Below, in pieces: positions 33,830-41,546 of a stretch of 64,000 bases of DNA. The stretch is from Candidatus Omnitrophota bacterium (GTDB lineage Bacteria > Omnitrophota > Gorgyraeia > Zapsychrales > Zapsychraceae). The stretch spans positions 405,874 to 469,873 of the forward strand of contig JAGQKV010000002.1 of the NCBI GenBank assembly GCA_020429915.1. Reading direction: 5' to 3'. The notes under the pieces were generated by a model. That model had not been told where the DNA came from. It saw nothing but the letters and a program-made list of their open reading frames with translations, and made no database searches. Position numbers and translations under genes: made by a program. Each line of letters starts with the position of its first letter. Within the stretch, counting starts at the first letter, position 1.

Positions 33830-34239
33830 AATACGTAGAGCATCAGGTAGATAACAACACCCGTCACCGACACATACATCCACACCGGAAACAGCCAGCG
33901 TGTAATCTTGACATGCCGCGCGAAATCCCCTTTTAGCGCGAAATAAACCGCCGCCAGGATAAAAGGAACCATCAGGGCCGCCAGCGGCGTATGCGTCAGC
34001 AATATGGCGAAATATACCATGCGGATGAAGCCTTCTTCCGCATATTTGGTGGATCCGTGAAGATAATGATACGTCAGGTAAGAAATAAGGAACAAGCCGG
34101 ACGCCGTCAGGGCGGCGATCATGGCCTTCTTATGGGTCTGCTGATCCCCCTTCTTGATGGCGGTATATCCCCACCAGAGGAAAATACCGGCCAAAAAGTT
34201 GAGTGTGGCATTGATCGTCGGAAACACCGGGATACCCAT
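33826..34239 (-). CDS. DUF420 membrane protein (CtaM-like heme-copper oxidase assembly factor)
   Basis: 137 aa, 4 TM, DUF420-like sequence; adjacent to sco/ctaB/ctaA/cox genes. Confidence 0.6.
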   Translation of the reverse strand: MGIPVFPTINATLNFLAGIFLWWGYTAIKKGDQQTHKKAMIAALTASGLFLISYLTYHYLHGSTKYAEEGFIRMVYFAILLTHTPLAALMVPFILAAVYFALKGDFARHVKITRWLFPVWMYVSVTGVVIYLMLYVF

Positions 34240-34835
34240 CAGAACCGCTCCTTTAACAAAGCCGATGCATCCAGGAATAACTGATTCACCTCGGCGGTCA
34301 CCGTTCCGTCGTAGTAGCCGCGGATATACCCGCTGCGATCCACCAACGCCAGCGTGGGACTGAAGGCCCCGGTCGCATCCAGATCGAGACGCAACTGCCG
34401 CTGGACAAATTCATCCACCTCCTCGCGTCTTCCCCCGACAAAAAACCAATTCCCCTTCCCCTGCACATAGCGCCCGGAGAATTCAGACAGTACCTGAGGC
34501 GTATCGCGTACGGGACTGAGTGTCACCGCCACCAGCTTAACAGCGGTCACCTGCTCAAAGGTCCGGCTCAAAGAGGCCATATTCTTCATCATGGCGTTAC
34601 ATCCGTTCACACACGGGGTTGAGAATGCGCCGGCAATCCAAACGTTCCGGTACAGGTCCTGCGCAGCCAGCTTTTTGTTCTGTGCATCCGTGAAGGTGAA
34701 CGGCTTCACCTGTCCCAAGACAGGCAGACGCGGTCGCTGCAGGGACGACTGGAAAATATAGACACCACAAATAACGGCCAGTGCGACGGATAAAGCAACG
34801 CCTGCCATGACAAGATTTTTGCGGGAAGCGGCCAT
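34239..34835 (-). CDS. SCO1/SenC-like thioredoxin-fold protein (copper delivery to CuA)
   Basis: N-terminal TM anchor, CxxxC (CVNGC) in thioredoxin-like fold; context. Confidence 0.55.
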   Translation of the reverse strand: MAASRKNLVMAGVALSVALAVICGVYIFQSSLQRPRLPVLGQVKPFTFTDAQNKKLAAQDLYRNVWIAGAFSTPCVNGCNAMMKNMASLSRTFEQVTAVKLVAVTLSPVRDTPQVLSEFSGRYVQGKGNWFFVGGRREEVDEFVQRQLRLDLDATGAFSPTLALVDRSGYIRGYYDGTVTAEVNQLFLDASALLKERF

Positions 34836-34838
34836 GAT

Positions 34839-35690
34839 TTAAAAGCGCGCGTCGACGATAATCAGGGTTAACAAAATGGGGAGATAAATTACCGTTGCCT
34901 TCAGCAGACGGCGGGCATCGAGCAGGGATTCTGAGCGGATGAATTGAAGACTCACACACAGCATCCACAGTCCCGTGACAAAAGCGCCCAGAAGATAAAT
35001 GAATCCGGATAGTCCGGTCACAGCCGGGATCAATGACACCGGGATCAATAGTATCGAGTAACACTGGATTTGGTGGAACAAATCCCAGCCGTCATGTTCG
35101 CGACCGGGCAGCATCTTGAAACCGGCATTACGATAGTCCTCACGAAACATCCAGGCAATTGCATAAAAATGCGGATGCTGCCAAATGAAAAGGATCAAAA
35201 AAAGTATCCCGGCATCGAAATTCAGATGTCCCGTCGCGGCAGCCCATCCGCCTAACGGTGGCATGGCGCCGGGAAACGCACCGATAGTCGTATTCCACCA
35301 ACTGACTTTTTTCATCGGCGTGTAAACCAACACATACATAAAATTGGTCAACAGCCCCAGAAATGCGGTCAGAATGTTCAACTTCGTGTACAGCACGAAG
35401 ATTCCCAAAAGACTGATGAGGATGCCGAACTGCAAGGCGCGGCGGGGTTCGATGCGTCCGGCGGGCAAAGGCCGTTTGCGCGTGCGGTTCATTAAATTGT
35501 CGGTATCGCGTTCCAGATAGTGATTCAGTACGGCTGAACCACCACAGACCAAACTTGTTCCCAACAGCAAGTAAAACAGGCGCACATAGGAATGGATCCC
35601 CTGCCCGCCCAAATAGTAGCCGATGGTAGCGGTAATTAATACCAACAGAACGATGCGCGGCTTGGTCAATTCAAAATAATCACGCATCAT
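34839..35690 (-). CDS. ctaB: protoheme IX farnesyltransferase (heme O synthase)
   Basis: 283 aa UbiA-family; MMRDYFELTKPRIVLLV N-terminus. Confidence 0.85.
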   Translation of the reverse strand: MMRDYFELTKPRIVLLVLITATIGYYLGGQGIHSYVRLFYLLLGTSLVCGGSAVLNHYLERDTDNLMNRTRKRPLPAGRIEPRRALQFGILISLLGIFVLYTKLNILTAFLGLLTNFMYVLVYTPMKKVSWWNTTIGAFPGAMPPLGGWAAATGHLNFDAGILFLILFIWQHPHFYAIAWMFREDYRNAGFKMLPGREHDGWDLFHQIQCYSILLIPVSLIPAVTGLSGFIYLLGAFVTGLWMLCVSLQFIRSESLLDARRLLKATVIYLPILLTLIIVDARF

Positions 35691-36745
35691 ATCGAATGCC
35701 CCTTCATAAATACTGACATTCGCAACGGAGCGATGCGCAACAGCAGCAGAAAGGTGAGTCCCAATAAGGCAGCTCCGGTCACCACATGCAAACTGGTCGT
35801 GAGCGGTCCTTTCCCGGTTAGCACTGTGGCGATACCCAGGAAAACCTGCGTCGCGATAACTGCGTCAATCCCGAACACGATACGCAAAACAGAGTCCTTT
35901 TGCGGCAACCGGCAACGCAGAGCGAACATGTTGACGACTCCCGCAATGATCACCAGAATGACGGCCCAGAAACGGTGCGCCAAGTGATATAACACATTTG
36001 CCCGTGCGATCGGATCGAGGCCATGCTCAAAACGCCAGTCGTTGACGCGCGCCAAGAACTGATCGTTCACCGTCGGCCACCACTGCCCGGCCATGGTTGG
36101 AAAATCGTAAACCGCCAGCCCTGATCCGGTATGCCGCATGACCGCCCCCAGAATGAGCTGGACGTAAATGCCGGCCAACATGAGGATCGCGGCCGCCTGC
36201 AGACGCCCGTCTCGTGCCTCCGGCAACTCCTGACGACGGCGACGCTCCACAGACTGGGAATAAGCCAGGAAGATTGTCATTAAAAAAAATGTTTGCGCCA
36301 AAACGCCGTGTGCCACGGATACCGGTGTCGGAAGATAAAAAAGCACCGTAATGCCTCCCAGAACCCCCTGCAAAATCACGGCGCCGAGCGCGCAAAAGCC
36401 AACGACCTTTATCCACTTGCGGACTTCCGCAAAAGCCAGCCAAATAGCCAGGCACAGCGTTAAGGCGCCGACGCATGTGGCAATCATCCGATGGCCATGT
36501 TCATAGAATACGCCGCCGACCATCGGCGGGAAAAGCGTACCGTAAGAAAGCGGCCAATCAGGGACGGATAATCCGGATCCGGTCGACGTCACCATGCCCC
36601 CGGCAAAAATCAGAAACAGCGTGGCGGTAACGGTGAGCTTGGTATAACGGCGTAACCAGGGATTATCTTGAGAATCGGCTCGCGAGAGGTCCCGGGAACC
36701 GGGACGGCCGGTACTAGTTCCAGAAGTCGTCATATTCCTCTGCAC
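35687..36745 (-). CDS. ctaA: heme A synthase (COX15/CtaA family)
   Basis: 352 aa polytopic protein with conserved His pairs; overlaps coxB 3' end (start may be ATG 36733). Confidence 0.7.
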   Translation of the reverse strand: MQRNMTTSGTSTGRPGSRDLSRADSQDNPWLRRYTKLTVTATLFLIFAGGMVTSTGSGLSVPDWPLSYGTLFPPMVGGVFYEHGHRMIATCVGALTLCLAIWLAFAEVRKWIKVVGFCALGAVILQGVLGGITVLFYLPTPVSVAHGVLAQTFFLMTIFLAYSQSVERRRRQELPEARDGRLQAAAILMLAGIYVQLILGAVMRHTGSGLAVYDFPTMAGQWWPTVNDQFLARVNDWRFEHGLDPIARANVLYHLAHRFWAVILVIIAGVVNMFALRCRLPQKDSVLRIVFGIDAVIATQVFLGIATVLTGKGPLTTSLHVVTGAALLGLTFLLLLRIAPLRMSVFMKGHSI

Positions 36746-37499
36746 CCTCCTCCCCGATCACAGGGGCATTGCGCGCCACCCACGCGTCATACTCTTCCTG
36801 ATGGTGCACGACTAGGTTGCCGCGCATCCGGTAATGGCCAATTCCGCACAGCTGGGCACAGCCGATTTCAGACGTACCGGATTTGGTGGGTGTAAACCAG
36901 GTCGGAATAACCAGGCCGGGGATGGCATCCTGCTTCACGCGCATGATCGGCAGCGCGAAACTGTGGATTACATCCTTAGAAGTGAGGTAGATGATGGCCG
37001 GTTTGCCGATGGGAAGATGTAACTGGTTGATGGTGGTAAAATCATCCTTACCGTTAGGGTCATCGGGATCAAGACCCAGCGGGTTGGTCTGTGTGTCGAC
37101 CAGCTCGGGACGAGCACTTCCGAATAAACCGTCTGCACCGGGATAATGCACGTTCCAGGCAAACTGCTCTGCCACCACACGGACTTCCACAATATCCTTG
37201 CGGTCGGGAAAGGCATTGACCTGCTTCGCCCAAAACGGGATCGAGAATCCGATCAGTAGCAGGGCCTCGGCCACGACGACTCCGGCCTCGATGTAGCTGG
37301 AGACATGGGATTTCACGCCGCGGTAATTGGCCTTGGGATTCACCCATTTGTTGAAGCGTCCGATACAGATCACAAAAAAGATCCCCCAACCGATAAACAG
37401 GCCGACCATCAGCAGATGGACGAGGATAATCACCATGTCGATGTCGTGCCCGTGCGAAGAGGCAACTATGGGAAGATTGAGCATTTCGGATAAATTCAT
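36714..37499 (-). CDS. coxB: cytochrome c oxidase subunit II (CuA; no fused cytochrome c domain)
   Basis: CuA ligands H...CAQLCGIGHYRM; two N-terminal TM helices; 261 aa, no CxxCH. Confidence 0.9.
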   Translation of the reverse strand: MNLSEMLNLPIVASSHGHDIDMVIILVHLLMVGLFIGWGIFFVICIGRFNKWVNPKANYRGVKSHVSSYIEAGVVVAEALLLIGFSIPFWAKQVNAFPDRKDIVEVRVVAEQFAWNVHYPGADGLFGSARPELVDTQTNPLGLDPDDPNGKDDFTTINQLHLPIGKPAIIYLTSKDVIHSFALPIMRVKQDAIPGLVIPTWFTPTKSGTSEIGCAQLCGIGHYRMRGNLVVHHQEEYDAWVARNAPVIGEEGAEEYDDFWN

Positions 37500-37723
37500 A
37501 ACTCTCCTGTCGACAATCGCGCGCGCTTCTTAAACCTTATTAAGAATGTAACGAACACCGCCATGATCACCAATAAAACCGCCAGCAACGTTAGCACTCC
37601 CCACCGCAGACCACGGTTGGCCGGGGTATCGGTGTCGCCATAGAAACAAATGCTGCACGCCAGAGCTGCGCGCGGAATGGCGGCCAGTATGAACAGATTA
37701 ATCATTATGATCACGCGCACCAT
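37496..37723 (-). CDS. small membrane protein associated with oxidase operon (75 aa)
   Basis: 4-nt overlap with coxB; one TM plus CSIC motif. Confidence 0.35.
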   Translation of the reverse strand: MVRVIIMINLFILAAIPRAALACSICFYGDTDTPANRGLRWGVLTLLAVLLVIMAVFVTFLIRFKKRARLSTGEL

Positions 37724-37724
37724 G

Positions 37725-37919
37725 TCAGTCCTTTACTTTCTTAGCAAACATAATCCCGTAAACAATAAAACCCACGCCGACCAGAAGCGAGCCGATCATG
37801 CTCCACAGATAACTGGGAGAAGCGGTGAGTTGATACTGTTGATAAGCCCAGTAAGCGAAAAACCCCGAAAGAGATACCGTAGCCATAACAAACAGAATAT
37901 GAAAACCGCGCAGGCTCAA
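37725..37919 (-). CDS. small membrane protein associated with oxidase operon (64 aa, 2 TM)
   Basis: overlaps coxD stop by 4 nt. Confidence 0.35.
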   Translation of the reverse strand: MSLRGFHILFVMATVSLSGFFAYWAYQQYQLTASPSYLWSMIGSLLVGVGFIVYGIMFAKKVKD

Positions 37920-38323
37920 TGATGCCCTCCCGACGCCTCCGGAGCCTCCGGCGTTTCCGTATGCGAACCATGTGTTCCGCCGTGCGCACCCGCCTTTTCA
38001 ACATAGTACTCGAAATTGAGGTTCTTGGTCCCATCCGGCACGTCGTGAACCGTATAAACGATGAAAATCATCATAAACAAGAACATAAATGCGGTAAGGC
38101 TCATCACCAGATAAATCAATTTCTTTTCATGGCTCAAATGCATGAAGAACGAGGCCACCAGAGACGCCTTGGTGGTCGCCACGAACAACGCCAAAAAAAT
38201 AGCCAAAGCGATACCGATCTTCAGGCTGCTGATCGCGACGGTGATGACGGTCAGTACGGCCAAGGTGCCGAAGACTTTGTAATACAGGGCCTGCTCTTTT
38301 TTAAAATCGGTTGTTTCTGCCAT
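37916..38323 (-). CDS. coxD: cytochrome c oxidase subunit IV (bacterial CoxD family)
   Basis: MAETTDFKKEQALYYKVF...; ORF-track start overextended, ATG at 38323 chosen. Confidence 0.6.
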   Translation of the reverse strand: MAETTDFKKEQALYYKVFGTLAVLTVITVAISSLKIGIALAIFLALFVATTKASLVASFFMHLSHEKKLIYLVMSLTAFMFLFMMIFIVYTVHDVPDGTKNLNFEYYVEKAGAHGGTHGSHTETPEAPEASGGHH

Positions 38324-38333
38324 ATGAGTTATC

Positions 38334-38930
38334 CTATAAAAGGTAAAGAACGGGAAAGAGGAATATCCATACGAGGTCAACAAAGTGCCAGTACAACCCC
38401 ACCACCTCGATTCGATTGGTGAACCGTTGCGGCTGAGTTTTCCACATCTTGGTTCCCACCGGGAGCCAGAAATACATCAACACTATCGCCCCGCCCACGA
38501 TATGCAGGGCGTGTAATCCGGTGAGCGTGTAATAGATGGCAAAGTACGCGCTCTCCTTGGGAAATATACCGTGAGAGAATTTGGTGCCGTATTCGATCGC
38601 TTTAATAATCATGAAGATCAAGCTGCACAATAACGTCAAACCGAGGGTAAGCTTAAACTTCGGGATGTTTTTTTCTTTCAGAGCCACCCAGGCCAAAACC
38701 ATCGATACACTCGACGAAATCAGGACCAATGTGTTCACTGTGCCTAGCGGCACGTTGAGCAAATCGGAACCGTGCGGCCACGCCGGGGATCCGGTGCGCA
38801 GCAGGACATAGCCTGAAAAAAGCCCTCCGAACAGCATGACTTCGGAAGCCAGAAAAAGCCAAATACCGAATTTCGCATTGTAAAGTCCTGTATCCGGTCG
38901 CGCTTCGACTGTGTACGGAATCATCTCCAT
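38334..38930 (-). CDS. coxC: cytochrome c oxidase subunit III
   Basis: 198 aa, 5 TM, COX3 family. Confidence 0.85.
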   Translation of the reverse strand: MEMIPYTVEARPDTGLYNAKFGIWLFLASEVMLFGGLFSGYVLLRTGSPAWPHGSDLLNVPLGTVNTLVLISSSVSMVLAWVALKEKNIPKFKLTLGLTLLCSLIFMIIKAIEYGTKFSHGIFPKESAYFAIYYTLTGLHALHIVGGAIVLMYFWLPVGTKMWKTQPQRFTNRIEVVGLYWHFVDLVWIFLFPVLYLL

Positions 38931-40693
38931 CAGGCGGCCTCCTTCTGTGCCGGGGCCTCTTCCATTTCGACCTCAGGTTCGTACTGCGGACTGAAGTCTC
39001 TCTTGGCGCCGGGAACACTATATTCGTAAGCCGCACGATACACCACCGGCTCGGTAACGAAATTACCGTGTCCCGGTGGACTCGGAGTGTTCCATTCCAG
39101 AGTGGTCGCTTCCCACGGATTATCCGATTCGACTTTCTTGCCCTTGAACATACTCCAGAAAAAATTAAAGATAAACGGAAGTTGCGCCAGCCCGAGCCCC
39201 CAGGCCGCCCACGAGGACGTGATGTTCAGATGCAAAACGTCCTGGGCATGTTCATAGCCGGCACCGCCATCGTACAACCGACGCGAAACACCTGCCAACC
39301 CGACGATAAACATCGGCATGAAAATGAAGTTCATACAGACCAGGGACGGCCAGAAATGAAGCTGCCCCAAAAGCTCGTTCATCTTGCGTCCGGTCGCCTT
39401 CGGATACCAATGATAAATCCCCGCAAACAGCGCGAAAATGGTACCCGGGGCAACGACGTAGTGGAAATGACCGATGACATAGTAGGTGTCGTGCAAGTGG
39501 ATATCCGCCGTCGAAAGGCCCAAAGGCAAACCGGTCAGGCCGCCGATCCCGAACATCGGCAAGAACGCCAGGGCAAAGAGCATCCGGGTATTAAACCGGA
39601 TCGATCCTCCCCACAGAGAGATAAACAATGCCGTCAGGATGATGATCGACGGTATGGAGATGATCATTGTGGTCGCCTGGAAAAAAGCGTTGATGACAGT
39701 CCCCATCCCCGTCAGGAACATATGATGCGCCCACACGACAAATGACATGAATCCCAAAAAAACAATCGAATACACCATGGACTTATAGCCCCAAAGCGGC
39801 TTGCGGATATTGTTGGCTATGACTTCCGAAACGATCCCCATCGCCGGTAATATCAACACATACACCTCCGGGTGTGCTAAAAACCAGAACAAGTGCTGCC
39901 ACAGCAACACGCTTCCCCCGCCGCTGATGTCGAGCTGTTGACCGCTGACCACCAATCCCGACGGCATAAAGAAGCTGGTACCCGCGACCCGGTCCATCAA
40001 TTGCATGACGCCGGCCGCCAGCAGCGGCGGAAAGGCCAATACAAGCAGGAATGACGTGACCAGCTGCGCCCACACGAAGAACGGCAGCCGCATGAATGTC
40101 AGCCCTTTGGCACGTAACTGAAAAATCGTGACAATGATGTTAATGGAACCCAACAAAGACGATTGGATCAGACAAACCATACCGATAATCCAAAAGGTCT
40201 GTCCCACGGATGCTATAACGGCTAACGGAGCATAAGCCGTCCAGCCGGATGAGGCGGCTCCCCCCGGAAGGAAGAAACTGCCGAGCATGATGATCCCGCC
40301 CGCGAAATACAGCCAGTAACTGGTCATATTTAAGCGCGGAAAGGCCATATCCGGCGCCCCGACCTGAAGCGGAACCACAAAATTTCCAAAGGCGCCGACC
40401 GCCAGCGGAACAATCCCCAGAAAGACCATAATGGTTCCGTGCATGGCGCCAAGTTCGTTGTAAAACTCCGGGAGCATGACACCGCCGGGCATCCGGGAAT
40501 CACCGAACAGATGGCCTATGAGCGGCAGAGGCTGCTCGGGATAGGCTAATTGCCAGCGCATAAGCATAATGAGTCCGAAACCGAACAACAAGAAGAACAA
40601 CGCGGTGATCCCATACTGGATACCGATGACTTTGTGGTCTACCGAAAAAATGTATTTGCGCCAAAACGGCAGTTCGTGATGTGATTCGCTCAT
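38930..40693 (-). CDS. coxA: cytochrome c oxidase subunit I (heme-copper oxidase catalytic subunit)
   Basis: 587 aa, 12+ TM, conserved His ligands (GHPEVY, HHMF). Confidence 0.95.
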   Translation of the reverse strand: MSESHHELPFWRKYIFSVDHKVIGIQYGITALFFLLFGFGLIMLMRWQLAYPEQPLPLIGHLFGDSRMPGGVMLPEFYNELGAMHGTIMVFLGIVPLAVGAFGNFVVPLQVGAPDMAFPRLNMTSYWLYFAGGIIMLGSFFLPGGAASSGWTAYAPLAVIASVGQTFWIIGMVCLIQSSLLGSINIIVTIFQLRAKGLTFMRLPFFVWAQLVTSFLLVLAFPPLLAAGVMQLMDRVAGTSFFMPSGLVVSGQQLDISGGGSVLLWQHLFWFLAHPEVYVLILPAMGIVSEVIANNIRKPLWGYKSMVYSIVFLGFMSFVVWAHHMFLTGMGTVINAFFQATTMIISIPSIIILTALFISLWGGSIRFNTRMLFALAFLPMFGIGGLTGLPLGLSTADIHLHDTYYVIGHFHYVVAPGTIFALFAGIYHWYPKATGRKMNELLGQLHFWPSLVCMNFIFMPMFIVGLAGVSRRLYDGGAGYEHAQDVLHLNITSSWAAWGLGLAQLPFIFNFFWSMFKGKKVESDNPWEATTLEWNTPSPPGHGNFVTEPVVYRAAYEYSVPGAKRDFSPQYEPEVEMEEAPAQKEAA

Positions 40694-40702
40694 ACTAATC
40701 CC

Positions 40703-41419
40703 TTACTTTCCATCCGGTCGTTGAAATGTAAAATCTACCTCCTTGGTCTCCCCTTCGCCCAAGGTGACGGTCACCTGCTGCGGAGCCAAGCGCTGGTGCC
40801 AGGCCTCCAGCACGTATTGGCCCGGCGGCAGATTGTCGATCGTGTAGGTACCGGTTTCGTCGGTCGTCGTGTAAAACGGATGACTCATAACCGTGATATA
40901 CGCACTCATCCACGGGTGGACGTCACATTTGACCTCAAACATGAACTCCGGCTTATCAAAGGTTTTGGTAATTTCTGTGCGGAACTTGGGCATGGCGACG
41001 TTAAACTCGGCATTTTTCTTCGGCAAGGCATGCACATTGTGCAACGTTCCGTCCGGATTCAGGATTTTCAACGGCTGCCCGGCCATGACGCCCATTACGG
41101 CGGGCGTGTAAATACATCCGTGCTGGTTTAACACCTTGGGCTCCTTGGGCACGGGGAAATTGGATTTGGGAAGCCCGTCCTTGACTTGCAAAAAGACATT
41201 CTTAAGCTCATTGTTGGGCCCCAGAATGATCGTTTTGGGAAATACCGTGTCGGTATGCTTGGTAAGACATACGGGATCCGCCCCCATTTTGATGGGCCGG
41301 AGTTTCGGTCGTCGTCCTTGATAGGTCACTTTACCTTTGATCGCGGCCGCCTGCGCCGGCATGGGAAAAGCAAGAATGGCAGCGAGAAACGAGGCTAGTG
41401 TTACGTAGTATATATTCAT
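40703..41419 (-). CDS. secreted beta-sandwich protein with carboxypeptidase-regulatory-like domain signatures and a putative type-1 copper motif (C-x2-H-x2-M)
   Basis: Signal peptide; IKGKVTYQG and TDETGTYTIDNLPPGQYVLEAWH β-sandwich signatures; HNVH...CDVHPWM resembles amicyanin CTPHPFM. Confidence 0.35.
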   Translation of the reverse strand: MNIYYVTLASFLAAILAFPMPAQAAAIKGKVTYQGRRPKLRPIKMGADPVCLTKHTDTVFPKTIILGPNNELKNVFLQVKDGLPKSNFPVPKEPKVLNQHGCIYTPAVMGVMAGQPLKILNPDGTLHNVHALPKKNAEFNVAMPKFRTEITKTFDKPEFMFEVKCDVHPWMSAYITVMSHPFYTTTDETGTYTIDNLPPGQYVLEAWHQRLAPQQVTVTLGEGETKEVDFTFQRPDGK

Positions 41420-41501
41420 ATTCTTAAAGTAATATAGGGGGGTGCTGTAGTGACTATAATATAGGTGAAGCAGTCAGGATTGTCAAGCGGGTTTGGCAAA
41501 A

Positions 41502-41538
41502 AAGGGTGGTTTTCCCGCCAGGAAAAACCACCCTTTTA
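41502..41538 (-). terminator. rho-independent terminator (14-15 bp GC-rich stem, loop CGCCA, flanked by A/T tracts; bidirectional)
   Basis: AAGGGTGGTTTTCC-CGCCA-GGAAAAACCACCCTT followed by TTTAT; immediately 3' of anti-sigma gene. Confidence 0.6.
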
Positions 41539-41546
41539 TCACCGAC

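Noticed and set aside
40695-40913. 72-aa minus-strand ORF overlapping the putative cupredoxin gene
   Set aside because: Alternative frame within a better-supported longer ORF.
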